64,000 nt of DNA from Candidatus Babeliales bacterium (GTDB taxonomy: Bacteria; Babelota; Babeliae; Babelales; JABDEC01), in NCBI GenBank assembly GCA_031292305.1, contig JARLHJ010000012.1, positions 1-64,000 of the forward strand, given 5' to 3'. Each line of letters starts with the position of its first letter. The stretch's first letter is position 1. The notes beneath the pieces were generated by a model. That model was given only the letters and a program-made list of their open reading frames with translations. It was not told the origin of the DNA and did no database searches. The translations under genes and the position numbers were made by a program. Shown in pieces: positions 1-9,372 of the stretch.

Positions 1-370
1 AATTTAAAGCAGTATCTAAATTCTCTTTTTGTGCAGAGCTTAAGAGTCCTGTGCTTTTTAGATTTTCAGCCATTTGTGCAAATTCAGGAACTAAATTATC
101 AATTTCTTCATTTTGCTGTTCTTTCGATAGATTTGCAGCAAAACCACCTAATTTTTGATATAGAATTTTATATTTAGTATTAATATTTCCAGAATTAAAT
201 GCATTTACTTGTTCCGGACTTAGTATTTTAACCAACTCTGAATAAATTTCAGGATTTATTTGTACTTGTTCCAATTTAAGCACAAAAGGTACATACTCAT
301 AAGCAGCATTTAAAGAAGGTATTATTCCTAAAAACAGTACAAAAACAAAAATTTCTTTAATATATTTCAT
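1..370 (-). CDS. Hypothetical secreted protein, 5' part only (start codon at 370, gene runs off the window edge)
   Basis: The reverse complement from 370 reads ATG AAA TAT ATT AAA GAA..., giving MKYIKEIFVFVLFLGIIPSLNAAYEYVPFV... with no stops to position 1. The N-terminus is a hydrophobic signal peptide ending in an AxA-like site. It is absent from the ORF track only because it is truncated by the window. Confidence 0.4.
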   Translation of the reverse strand, partial: MKYIKEIFVFVLFLGIIPSLNAAYEYVPFVLKLEQVQINPEIYSELVKILSPEQVNAFNSGNINTKYKILYQKLGGFAANLSKEQQNEEIDNLVPEFAQMAENLKSTGLLSSAQKENLDTALN

Positions 371-526
371 ATTTTTCCTTTATTAATATTACTAATTATA
401 TTTAAGTTTAAAGCATTCGTTGTCATAAAGTCAATAACTTCAGATCAATAAGTTTTCAGATAGCAAAATTAAGGGTATTTTTACGTTTTGATTGAAGATA
501 AAGTGTTAATATCTTACTATTAAATA

Positions 527-3286
527 ATGAAAGTTTTTTCAATTTTATTAAAAATTATATTCGGGCTATCAATTGGGATAATTATTTCGCTTTATTTGCT
601 GCAATATGAAAGGCAATTAAAAGAGACAATATCAAAGCATATAAAAGCATTTATGAACACATCATTAAGTGCTGATATTGATTTTAAGGTAACGCATATA
701 AATATTTTCTTTCCCTTTGTAAAAATAGAGAAGGTGCAAGTTAAGCCTTTGCAAAACACTTCAGATTGGTATTGGCATTGTAAGAAGATATCAGTATCTA
801 TATCATGGATAGATATTTTATTTACAAAATGTATACAGCCCAAAATAGTGATAGATAATCTCGAGGCTTATACACAAGCAAGAAATGGTGATTTGTTAAT
901 AGGTCCACATTTCCAGAAATTATTATTTTCAGGCAATGACCAACCAATTCCAGTAATAATTAATGATTTAAAATTAAATAAATCTAATTTTATTATGGAA
1001 GATAAAGATTTAGATTTTAAATTTCAAATAAGATACGATTGCCAAACTACAGAAATAGATAAAATTTTACAGAATAGAATTTATCTCAATGGTGGTTCAA
1101 TTATATGCAAAAATGTTCAATATTGTAATAATATTTCCGGCTTGGTTCATCTGGGTATTCTTTATAGCGGCGCAATTAAAAATTTTTCTTTAGACGGGCT
1201 TATCGAATTAAATCATTTAAGCATGCATGAAAATAAATGTTTTTTTGTTGGCAAATGGCAAAGTGATGCAGATGAGTGTTTAATTCGGTTTTCTACTATA
1301 GATGGTAAATCAATTATTAATCTTTTAATGTCTGGTATAAAAGAAACAGAACAAAAATTAAGTTTAAGTTTGCGCTCACCTATTTCTACTTTCCAAAAGA
1401 TTTTACAATTAAATTATGGGCTCGAGGCTGATTTTCAATTAGATGCAAATTTAGATATTAATAACCTGCAAAATTTTAAGGGCGTATGCAAAGTAAAAAA
1501 ATTACAAGATAAGTCAGGTTCAGTAATATTAGATGATATAAAAATAAATTTTAATAAAAATTTAAATGCTATTAATAGCAATATTATTATAGATAAAAAA
1601 GATAAACTTAAACTATTGGGTGAACTTAATTTTGATTTAGAATCAAAAGTGGGTAATTTGGTTTTTAAGAATGAATTAGGCGCTAACAGTCCCAACTCTT
1701 TATTTCTCTCTTTATTATTCAATCACAAACTAGAATATTCAGGAGAATTTAATTATAATTTATTTAGCACAGTGTTAAACCAACAACTTAAATCACGTGG
1801 TCAAATTAAGGGGTCCACACAATTTTTAGATATAAATAGCAATCTAGATGATCAAGAAATTGATCTTAAAGTGTGTTTGCAGCCTTATTTTAAAATAGAT
1901 AAATTTTTGTTAACTGATAATAAAAAAAATGAATGCTTAAATATAGTCTCAGATATAAAACAGGTAAATAACATTAACGCGATTTTTAACTGCAATAATA
2001 TAAAAAATTGGCTGTCTAATTATATTAATTGTTTTAGTGTATCTGCAAATAAGCAATTGTTTTTAGGTGATGGTAAATTAGAACTAGACGGTAATTGTAC
2101 TCATACAGGTTTTAATGGCGTTATAAAGATGCGTAATGCTAACTTAGTTATCCCCGAAATTCATAATGTTATAAACAATATTGCCGGTAAAATTGACTTA
2201 AATATAAAAGAAAAAAAAATTATTATACAAGATTTGTTAATTAATTTTTATAAGGGTCAACTGGAATGTAAACAACTAACAATTATTTTCGATGATACTT
2301 TTCAAATAATTAAGTTTGTGCATTTTCCTTTAGTTATTAAAAACTTTTTTATTAATTGGGAAAATATTTTTTTAACTAACATTACAGGTAGATTATTGGT
2401 CCAAAAAGAAGTAGATAAAAATATAGCTATCACCGGAAATATAGGCTTAGACAAATCAGAAATTAAAGACAATATATTTTCACCTGACTTTAGAAAAAGT
2501 ATATTTAACCAGACAAGACCTGAAGAATCAAATATTAAACAAAAGAGCTTGATAGATGATATTAATATTAATGTTTCTTTATTTACTAAATCAGCAATAA
2601 AAATAAAAACTGCTTTTTTTAAAAGTTTAATTAATTTAGATCTTAAAGTAGTAAAAGAAAAGCAGATAGATCTTCAAGGCGATATTAATTTAATAGATGG
2701 CGAAATTATTTTCCCATATAAAGCCTTAAAAATAACGAATGCAAATATTAAGTTTTTACCAGGCCAAATAGATGATCCAATAATTAATATAATCGCTAAA
2801 AATAAAATAAAAGGTTATGCAATAACATTGCAGGCAATGGGTTCAGCGCAAAACCCACATATTTTATTGGAATCTAATCCAACGCTTAAAGAAGAGCAGA
2901 TAATTTCACTTTTATTAATTGGTTCAGAAAGTTCTTTAAACTTGGTAATACCTGCATTGTTGTCAGAAAATATTAAAAATATGGTTTTAGGTTCAGCGCA
3001 ATATCAAGAGAAATTAAAAAAACATTTTTCACAAATATTATTACCATTCAAGCATGTAAGATTTATTCCCGCATTTCATGATGCTTTAGGAGGTAAAGGC
3101 TTAACTGCTACTTTAGATATTGAAGTAAATGATAGGTTAAGTGCCAGCATTCAAAATAATTTTACAACATTTGAACAAGCAAGAGTTGAAGTTGATTATT
3201 CATTAACTGATGACGTAGTTCTGCGTGGTGTTCAAGATGAGGTTGGCAATTTATCAGGTGAAGTTGAAATGCGCTGGAAATTTTAA
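527..3286 (+). CDS. tamB: TamB/AsmA-family outer-membrane translocation and assembly module protein (919 aa)
   Basis: An N-terminal membrane anchor is followed by a long region with a beta-rich signature. The C-terminal region (…RVEVDYSLTDDVVLRGVQDEVGNLSGEVEMRWKF) resembles the DUF490/TamB C-terminus. Size is typical of the family. Confidence 0.5.
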   Translation: MKVFSILLKIIFGLSIGIIISLYLLQYERQLKETISKHIKAFMNTSLSADIDFKVTHINIFFPFVKIEKVQVKPLQNTSDWYWHCKKISVSISWIDILFTKCIQPKIVIDNLEAYTQARNGDLLIGPHFQKLLFSGNDQPIPVIINDLKLNKSNFIMEDKDLDFKFQIRYDCQTTEIDKILQNRIYLNGGSIICKNVQYCNNISGLVHLGILYSGAIKNFSLDGLIELNHLSMHENKCFFVGKWQSDADECLIRFSTIDGKSIINLLMSGIKETEQKLSLSLRSPISTFQKILQLNYGLEADFQLDANLDINNLQNFKGVCKVKKLQDKSGSVILDDIKINFNKNLNAINSNIIIDKKDKLKLLGELNFDLESKVGNLVFKNELGANSPNSLFLSLLFNHKLEYSGEFNYNLFSTVLNQQLKSRGQIKGSTQFLDINSNLDDQEIDLKVCLQPYFKIDKFLLTDNKKNECLNIVSDIKQVNNINAIFNCNNIKNWLSNYINCFSVSANKQLFLGDGKLELDGNCTHTGFNGVIKMRNANLVIPEIHNVINNIAGKIDLNIKEKKIIIQDLLINFYKGQLECKQLTIIFDDTFQIIKFVHFPLVIKNFFINWENIFLTNITGRLLVQKEVDKNIAITGNIGLDKSEIKDNIFSPDFRKSIFNQTRPEESNIKQKSLIDDININVSLFTKSAIKIKTAFFKSLINLDLKVVKEKQIDLQGDINLIDGEIIFPYKALKITNANIKFLPGQIDDPIINIIAKNKIKGYAITLQAMGSAQNPHILLESNPTLKEEQIISLLLIGSESSLNLVIPALLSENIKNMVLGSAQYQEKLKKHFSQILLPFKHVRFIPAFHDALGGKGLTATLDIEVNDRLSASIQNNFTTFEQARVEVDYSLTDDVVLRGVQDEVGNLSGEVEMRWKF

Positions 3287-4215
3287 TTCAATAACAGTTT
3301 CATGTCTTCAGGCAAATCTTTTTTAAATACAAAAACTTGTCCTGCATATTTAAATTCTAAAGAATAAGCATGCAGTGCTTGTCTATTAATTAATTTAGAT
3401 ACTTTTCCATAAAGTTCATCGCCGATAACAGGGTGGCCAATTGCTGCAAAATGTACACGTATTTGATGTGTTCTGCCAGTTATTAGATTCACTTCAACTA
3501 AACTCATATCACTTAAGTGTTCTAAATTCTTATATTCAGTTCTTGCTTCTTGTTGATCACGTATAAAATCATCTTTTTTAACACACATTCTTTTTAATGT
3601 GCCAGGTTTTAAAACAATAGGAAAATTAATAATGCCTTCTTGGGGGGCTTGGCCTTTAACAATTGCCCAATAAGTTTTTTTAATTTCTCTGTCTTTAAAC
3701 ATTTGTAAAAATGTTTCTAATGATTTGTTATTTCTTGCAATTAACATGATTCCAGATGTTAAAAAATCTAATCTGTGTACTATGCCAGATCTCTCTGACC
3801 CTGGTTGTAGGGTAAAAATCTCTGGGTAATTAACTTCTAACCAGTCCACAACACTAAGTGTGTTATTAAGTTGTATTTCACTTTTTTCAGGATTGCCGTG
3901 TGTTAAGATACCTGCAGGTTTATATATTACTAAAAAGTCTTCATGTTCATGCAAAAGCTCAATTCCTGAATTTTTGACTAATTCTTCTTTTTCAAGAACA
4001 GTCTGTTTTTTAGGCATGTTTACAGTTACTGCATATCCTGTTTTTAAATCATATCCTGATTTTGTGATAACTTTGTTGTTAACCAAGACGTAACTGTCAT
4101 CAATTAATTTCTGCACAAAGGAGCGCGAAAATTGCGGGCAATGTTTTGAAACAAATTTATCTAATCTAGTTTCATTATCTTGTATATCTACTGTAAAGGT
4201 AAAATTATTTTGCAT
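3283..4215 (-). CDS. rluD: RluA-family 23S rRNA pseudouridine synthase (RluD-like) with N-terminal S4 domain
   Basis: The catalytic motif HRLDFLTSGIMLIARN matches the RluA-family HRLDxxTSG(L/V) motif. An N-terminal S4-like RNA-binding segment is present. Length is 310 aa. Confidence 0.85.
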   Translation of the reverse strand: MQNNFTFTVDIQDNETRLDKFVSKHCPQFSRSFVQKLIDDSYVLVNNKVITKSGYDLKTGYAVTVNMPKKQTVLEKEELVKNSGIELLHEHEDFLVIYKPAGILTHGNPEKSEIQLNNTLSVVDWLEVNYPEIFTLQPGSERSGIVHRLDFLTSGIMLIARNNKSLETFLQMFKDREIKKTYWAIVKGQAPQEGIINFPIVLKPGTLKRMCVKKDDFIRDQQEARTEYKNLEHLSDMSLVEVNLITGRTHQIRVHFAAIGHPVIGDELYGKVSKLINRQALHAYSLEFKYAGQVFVFKKDLPEDMKLLLN

Positions 4216-4636
4216 TAATGTCTTTAGCGTTCGGTAATAATTGTATGTAATCGATTGTTGCTAATATTGAATTTGATAGGATCATTTTAAGTGACCGATT
4301 GTAAAAATCTAAAGTTCTAACTGGAGAGTTTTCAAGAGTTACTTCAGCTTCACTTATTGCGCTAGTAATTACATTCGAAATTATCAATAAAATTTTATTA
4401 TCAGTGTATTTTAATTCTTGATGCCAAGATTGCAATTTATTATCTAATTTATATTGCCAATTCCTTTCATTTTCATATGATCTTGCATTTAAAGATTCAA
4501 CTATTTCATCCAAAGTTCTAATCAGGATTGCTTTTTCTGCATTGTTTAATCTAGCAATATCATCTAGAGTATTCGCTTGGCAATTAAAGAATGAAATTAA
4601 GGTTATGAAAATTCTTAAATATATTTTTTTAAACAT
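4205..4636 (-). CDS. Hypothetical lipoprotein/secreted protein (143 aa)
   Basis: N-terminal signal peptide with a lipobox-like SFFNC. Its start overlaps the rluD-like gene by 11 nt, suggesting translational coupling. Confidence 0.4.
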   Translation of the reverse strand: MFKKIYLRIFITLISFFNCQANTLDDIARLNNAEKAILIRTLDEIVESLNARSYENERNWQYKLDNKLQSWHQELKYTDNKILLIISNVITSAISEAEVTLENSPVRTLDFYNRSLKMILSNSILATIDYIQLLPNAKDINAK

Positions 4637-5387
4637 AGGTTTCCCTGAAAGTTGTTAAGGCGGCTAATAATTTTTGTTCACTTAAAATTGTGTTATAAAT
4701 AGTTTCTATTTCTTTTATTTGTTCCTTTAAGGACAGCCAAATACCAAGATTGCTACACTCTTGCAGTTGGTCATGTACTGCGCTTTTTCCTAACTTAATA
4801 ACCAATTTAGCTATTGTATGGTCAGCAATAGAATTAACTATTAAGTCACTATAATTAGGTTTTTCTAATTCATGATAAGAATAACATTCTTTAATTTCTT
4901 CCATATAGCCAAGTAAAAGTTCTATTTTCTTAGGATCTAATTTTCTAATATCTTCCATAATATTTTTACGTTCTTGTATTATAATTTGTTCCTTTTCATT
5001 TTCAATTACGTTCATTATAGAAGACCAAATGCTCCAAAAAGCATACTCATCTGGATCTGTATCAGAATTTTTTATTAATTTTATAAAATATTTAATAAAT
5101 TTAGTTATTTTTATTTTACTAATTTTTATGATGTGTTTAATTTGTTTAGATCTTTCATATTTACCACCAATCAAAGCGTTTTGTATTCTTTGCATTGCAA
5201 AGTATAAATCTGAAATTTCGTTGCAATTCAACTTTCTAACACCCTTCATAACAGGGTCAAGATTTAATTTTTCTAAAACTTCTTCTCTGGTTTTGTGTAT
5301 TTCGGCAACACGTGATTCAACAGAATCCATTGCATTGCAGTTAAAAACAGAAATAATAGCTAGTGAAAATATTATTTTATTGAACAT
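4629..5387 (-). CDS. Hypothetical helical lipoprotein (252 aa), possible divergent BamD-like protein
   Basis: Signal peptide with a lipobox-like VFNC. The protein is helical and rich in E/K/L. It is BamD-sized and sits immediately upstream of the rluD-like gene, matching the conserved bamD-rluD synteny of Gram-negatives. This is inference only. Confidence 0.4.
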   Translation of the reverse strand: MFNKIIFSLAIISVFNCNAMDSVESRVAEIHKTREEVLEKLNLDPVMKGVRKLNCNEISDLYFAMQRIQNALIGGKYERSKQIKHIIKISKIKITKFIKYFIKLIKNSDTDPDEYAFWSIWSSIMNVIENEKEQIIIQERKNIMEDIRKLDPKKIELLLGYMEEIKECYSYHELEKPNYSDLIVNSIADHTIAKLVIKLGKSAVHDQLQECSNLGIWLSLKEQIKEIETIYNTILSEQKLLAALTTFRETYV

Positions 5388-5779
5388 TCAACTCCGAATT
5401 TGGTTTTATATATTTCTCTTATAAATCGAATGTATCTTCTGAATCCACCAGCAATAAGTGTACATCTCAATTGCTGGGCTTCAATTTTGCATTTCCAAGA
5501 TTCTTTTCTAACCTTAAAGCATATATCCTGGCCTATACAAATTACTTTTTCTGAAATCCCACTAAAATTTAAAGAATGCTTTGGTAGTCCATCTACAGTA
5601 AATCCTCTTTGGAAATTGTCTCTATATGCCAAATCTAGGTAGTATATCAAATTACCCATATCTTTTTGATCTAATTTTCTTATTTTTTTAATATTATTTA
5701 CCGGATAATTAAAAAAAACAAAACCAAATGCTATAGATAGGATTATTTTCTTAAACATATTCACCTTTTTATTTAACAA
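5372..5779 (-). CDS. Hypothetical secreted protein (135 aa)
   Basis: N-terminal hydrophobic signal segment. It is the first gene of a four-gene minus-strand string with overlapping stops and starts. Confidence 0.4.
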   Translation of the reverse strand: MLNKKVNMFKKIILSIAFGFVFFNYPVNNIKKIRKLDQKDMGNLIYYLDLAYRDNFQRGFTVDGLPKHSLNFSGISEKVICIGQDICFKVRKESWKCKIEAQQLRCTLIAGGFRRYIRFIREIYKTKFGVECSIK

Positions 5780-5815
5780 TTAAGTATATTTATAGTGTAT
5801 TGGAGGGGGTATTTT
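5764..5815 (+). repeat. Promoter-like direct repeat, copy A (CCTTTTTATTTAACAATTAAGTATATTTATAGTGTATT…GGTATTT)
   Basis: Near-identical to 6583..6638 apart from a 3-nt indel and a few substitutions. It contains TTAACA … TATAGT-like hexamers. Confidence 0.5.
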
Positions 5816-5903
5816 TAGTCAAAGTTAACTTTTTGCCTCAGGGTAAAGTCACCAAAAATAGGGCTGTTGTGAATCCAAAGATTATCGGTAGAGTTAATAA
5901 TAT

Positions 5904-6476
5904 ATGTATATATTAACTATTTTAGGGGGTGGCGTGATTAAAAAATTATTACTAAGTTTGCTGCTAGTTTTCAGTGCACAAGGTGTGATTTTAAGAAATG
6001 GTATTGACGTTTCTCAGGATTCTATCGATAAAGTCTGGGAATTTGTTCAACACTTATATAAAGATAGCATGTATAAAACCTTAGCTGATTTGTCTAATAG
6101 TGCAAAAAACAATAGCCCAATTGAATATGCTGGAATTGTTTTTAAGGGCAGAAGAGTTTCTAATATTCCAGATAATAGTTTTTACATACAAATGCCTGTT
6201 AAATTTAATAATGAAAAAACAAGATACGGGATGAATCGCCAGCGAATTGCAATGGGTAAAAAACACGATGAAGCAATACAAGAAATGATACTTTTAGGTA
6301 TTTGTGATAAAAATCGAGTTCTAACTTCAGATGCAATTAATATTATAAAATCTTCAATTTATAACCTGTCTTACGAAGATAAAACCCAAGCAGTTATGAG
6401 CTGTTCAATTCAGCACCCTGTAAGTTTTACAAAAAGACTAAAAATAAATTTTAAGAATGTGTTTTATAAGAAATAA
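5904..6476 (+). CDS. Hypothetical secreted protein (190 aa)
   Basis: Signal peptide MYILTILGGGVIKKLLLSLLLVFSAQG. No recognisable domain. The gene is flanked by the two copies of the promoter-like repeat. Confidence 0.45.
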   Translation: MYILTILGGGVIKKLLLSLLLVFSAQGVILRNGIDVSQDSIDKVWEFVQHLYKDSMYKTLADLSNSAKNNSPIEYAGIVFKGRRVSNIPDNSFYIQMPVKFNNEKTRYGMNRQRIAMGKKHDEAIQEMILLGICDKNRVLTSDAINIIKSSIYNLSYEDKTQAVMSCSIQHPVSFTKRLKINFKNVFYKK

Positions 6477-6582
6477 TTCATAATTTCTCATAGTTTAATA
6501 TATAACCTATTGGTTTAAGAAATAATTTTTCATAAATTTGTAGGTTATATTTGTTTTTCTGATCTAAAATTACAATATCTTA

Positions 6583-6638
6583 ACCTTTTAATTAACAATT
6601 AAGTAGATTTAAATTATAGTGTATTTAAGCAGGTATTT
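6583..6638 (+). repeat. Promoter-like direct repeat, copy B
   Basis: CCTTTTAATTAACAATTAAGTAGATTTAAATTATAGTGTATTTAAGCAGGTATTT, a direct repeat of 5764..5815. Confidence 0.5.
6592..6620 (+). promoter_or_regulatory. Putative sigma70 promoter of mgtE (TTAACA-17 bp-TATAGT)
   Basis: -35 TTAACA, 17-bp spacer and -10 TATAGT, about 45 nt upstream of the mgtE start. Confidence 0.4.
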
Positions 6639-6667
6639 ACTTAAACTATGACCCTAGGAAGTAATTC

Positions 6668-8029
6668 ATGATTCCACAGAAGATATTTAATCAAATAGAA
6701 AACAACATAGAGACTATAATTAATAAGGATTCAGCTCTAGGAATCGAGCTTTGGAATGAATTGCTAAAAATTCACCCTGCAGATTTAGCTACCTTTTTTA
6801 CTAACATAGATAAAGAAGATTTTAAAGCATTGTTCGTTGGCTTGCCAGAAAAAATCAAGGCATCAACTTTTGACTATCTTTCAGATTCAATGAAGGCATT
6901 TACATTATCATTTACTAAAGAAGATGAAAAAGGTCTGCTATTAGAAAGTATATCAATCGAAGAACTAACAGATCTTTTTGATTACTTATCAGATGAAGAA
7001 ATAAAAGATTATTTTGAGCTTTTACATAAAAAAGATAGAGAAAAAGTACTTTCTTTAATGAAATTTAGCCCTGAATCAGCAGGGGGGATCATGGATCCTT
7101 ACGTGGTAACATTTAGGGAATATTTTACAATTGAACAAAGTATTAATATTTTACAACGTGTGAGACCAAGTAAAGATTTACATCAGCAAATTTATGTAAC
7201 AGATAAAGATAATAGATTAGTAGGCCATATACAGTTAGAAGATCTATTACTTAAAAGCCCTAAAACAAAGTTAGCAAATATTTTAAGGCAAAATGAACTA
7301 GTGGTATCGGTAGATGAAGATCAAGAAGAGATAGCAAAACAAATGATGCACTATAGCTTGGTGACTGTGCCTGTAGTAGGTGATAATGAGATTTTCTTGG
7401 GAGTTATTCCAAGTACAACGTTAGTGGATATTATTGAACAGGAAGCTACAGAAGATATTTATAAAATTTCTGGTATGGCTCCAATTAAAAAATCTTATTT
7501 TGAAATTCCATTTTTTAAACATTTTTTTGATCGTGGTTATATTTTGGCAATCTTATTATTAATTGAGTCATTTTCCAGTACTATATTAAAAGCATATGAA
7601 CATTCTTTAGTAGATTTTTCCTTTTTAGGCTTATTTATACCTATGCTTGTAAGTACAGGCGGTAACACAAGTAGCCAGACTTCAGCTTTGGCAATTCAAG
7701 GTTTAGCTTTAGGTGAAATTAACTATTCTAATATTCGCAGATTCTTTAAACGTGAATTTTTTATGGCATTTTGCTTAGCAACAATGTTGGGTTTAATTGC
7801 CTTTTTAAGAGTCTATTTTACCCATGGTAAAATTTTGGCAAGTGTAGTTGTGGCTATGTCTTTATCGGTGATTGTAATGCTTTCTGTTGTGCTTGGCAGC
7901 TGTATTCCATTATTATTAAAAAAGATTAATATTGACCCTGCGTTTGCAGCGGGTCCATTCTTGGCAACTATAGTAGATATTTTAGGAATTTTAATTTATT
8001 GTTATATAAGTAAGCTTATTTTATCATAA
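6668..8029 (+). CDS. mgtE: Magnesium transporter MgtE
   Basis: MgtE N-domain, tandem CBS region and C-terminal 5-TM domain (…VSTGGNTSSQTSALAIQGLALGE…PFLATIVDILGIL…). Length 453 aa. Confidence 0.85.
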   Translation: MIPQKIFNQIENNIETIINKDSALGIELWNELLKIHPADLATFFTNIDKEDFKALFVGLPEKIKASTFDYLSDSMKAFTLSFTKEDEKGLLLESISIEELTDLFDYLSDEEIKDYFELLHKKDREKVLSLMKFSPESAGGIMDPYVVTFREYFTIEQSINILQRVRPSKDLHQQIYVTDKDNRLVGHIQLEDLLLKSPKTKLANILRQNELVVSVDEDQEEIAKQMMHYSLVTVPVVGDNEIFLGVIPSTTLVDIIEQEATEDIYKISGMAPIKKSYFEIPFFKHFFDRGYILAILLLIESFSSTILKAYEHSLVDFSFLGLFIPMLVSTGGNTSSQTSALAIQGLALGEINYSNIRRFFKREFFMAFCLATMLGLIAFLRVYFTHGKILASVVVAMSLSVIVMLSVVLGSCIPLLLKKINIDPAFAAGPFLATIVDILGILIYCYISKLILS

Positions 8030-8053
8030 ATTTACATATATTTAATATTTTAC

Positions 8054-8080
8054 TTGACAGGAATGCGCTCTGTGTATAAT
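8054..8080 (+). promoter_or_regulatory. Putative sigma70 promoter of the tRNA operon (TTGACA-15 bp-TATAAT)
   Basis: Consensus -35 TTGACA and consensus -10 TATAAT about 65 nt upstream of tRNA-Lys. The spacer is short, so confidence is moderate. Confidence 0.35.
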
Positions 8081-8147
8081 ATTTTTCTATACTAACTCTT
8101 TTATTGAAAATCTTTTCAATTATTTAGATTGTTTTTAGAAATTTTAT

Positions 8148-8223
8148 GAGCCGCTAGCTCAGTCGGTAGAGCAACAGCCTTTTAAGCTGTGGGTCGTTGG
8201 TTCGATTCCAACGCGGCTCACCA
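8148..8223 (+). tRNA. tRNA-Lys (anticodon UUU)
   Basis: Cloverleaf drawn by hand. Acceptor stem GAGCCGC/GCGGCTC. D-arm GCTC-AGTCGGTA-GAGC. Anticodon stem ACAGC/GCTGT with loop CTTTTAA (anticodon TTT). T-arm GTTGG-TTCGATT-CCAAC. Encoded CCA. Confidence 0.9.
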
Positions 8224-8295
8224 TATTTAGCTTAAAGTCTATCTATGGTGTACTAAATCAGGTTGGTTTAGTCAAATTTTAACTTGAAATAATAT

Positions 8296-8373
8296 GTCCC
8301 TATCGTCTAGCCCGGTCCAGGACGCCACCCTTTCACGGTGAAAACATGGGTTCGAATCCCATTAGGGACGCCA
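8296..8373 (+). tRNA. tRNA-Glu (anticodon UUC)
   Basis: Acceptor GTCCCTA/TAGGGAC. Anticodon loop CTTTCAC (TTC). T-arm GGGTTCGAATCCC. Encoded CCA. Strongly resembles the canonical bacterial tRNA-Glu. Confidence 0.85.
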
Positions 8374-8414
8374 TTTTTATTCTTTTTAGAGTAATATTGG
8401 CTCTATAAATTTAA

Positions 8415-8447
8415 AAAGATCAGTTTAAAAGCTGATCTTTTTTTTTT
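8415..8447 (+). terminator. Rho-independent terminator of the tRNA operon
   Basis: Hairpin AAAGATCAG-tttaaaag-CTGATCTTT followed by T10. Confidence 0.7.
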
Positions 8448-8502
8448 GATTATTTTTAGGTAATAGGAAGTTTAATGATCCAATACAAAAAATTAGGAAA
8501 AA

Positions 8503-9372
8503 ATGGTTAAAAAATATAATTTTTATATAATTCTGTTATTAATTTCATTAAATTTATTATGCAGCGAAAGTTTAAAAATGGAAACAAAACCTATTGGACT
8601 TAGATACCTAGATTTTCTAAAAGTTTTTGCAATACCTAATCAAGATAATTTTTCTAAAGAAATTGAATCTTTATTCTCTCCAGATATTAAAAAAGTAGTT
8701 AATTCTAATTTAGTATGCAAAGATCGTAATCAATTATTAGAACAGATGAATGATGTTAAAAAAACTTATGGTTTAGGGTATATGGAATTGTTAGAATTAT
8801 TTATAGATAAGAATACTAATTCTAATATCTTAAGCTGGGAAATTAAATATAAAGATAATACAGTTGAAACTGTTATAACTATTTTAAAATATAATGAACT
8901 AGATTTAATAACAGAAATAAATGAAGTCTTTGGAGAAAAAGAAGTTTATAAGTTTCCAGAAGTTAAAAATCATTTAATTGAAGTAGCGCAAAATTATTTA
9001 AAATTTGTTAATGATGTTGGAAGTGCAAAATCTGTAAAATCAGATGATACTCGAGTAAAAACATTATTTGCTGAAAACTTAACTAAGATTGATAACCGTA
9101 CAATTTTGTTTGCAAATGATCGTAATTTATTATTGTCTCAAATGAAAGGCTTTGAAAAAGAATACACCCCTAATTCAAACGTAGCTGATTGGACTGTAAA
9201 CTTAAATACAGCATTAATAATTCCTTCAACAGAGACTAATTCTGTAACAGTACAATTTGAATGGCAGCACATAAATGTTGGTAGAGCTACAACTACTGCA
9301 ATATTACAATGTAATAGCAATAATCAAATAGAAAAAGTTATAGATGTTTGGGCAAAAATACATTCTGTTTAA
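8503..9372 (+). CDS. Hypothetical secreted protein (289 aa)
   Basis: N-terminal signal peptide. No recognisable motif. Confidence 0.45.
   Translation: MVKKYNFYIILLLISLNLLCSESLKMETKPIGLRYLDFLKVFAIPNQDNFSKEIESLFSPDIKKVVNSNLVCKDRNQLLEQMNDVKKTYGLGYMELLELFIDKNTNSNILSWEIKYKDNTVETVITILKYNELDLITEINEVFGEKEVYKFPEVKNHLIEVAQNYLKFVNDVGSAKSVKSDDTRVKTLFAENLTKIDNRTILFANDRNLLLSQMKGFEKEYTPNSNVADWTVNLNTALIIPSTETNSVTVQFEWQHINVGRATTTAILQCNSNNQIEKVIDVWAKIHSV

Noticed and set aside
592-1722. Antisense ORFs 592..843(-) and 1435..1722(-) inside the TamB-like gene
   Set aside because: They are fully embedded in a long ORF with a coherent domain signature. In an AT-rich genome antisense frames stay open by chance, and neither has an RBS or family signal.
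3860-5642. Plus-strand ORFs 3860..4093, 5029..5424 and 5400..5642 opposite rluD and the lipoprotein genes
   Set aside because: They are antisense to better-supported genes. Their products are low-complexity hydrophobic peptides typical of AT-rich antisense frames.
6477-6667. Possible Mg2+ (M-box) riboswitch ahead of mgtE
   Set aside because: The predicted promoter leaves only a 45-nt leader, far shorter than an M-box of about 160 nt. I could not see the conserved M-box helices.
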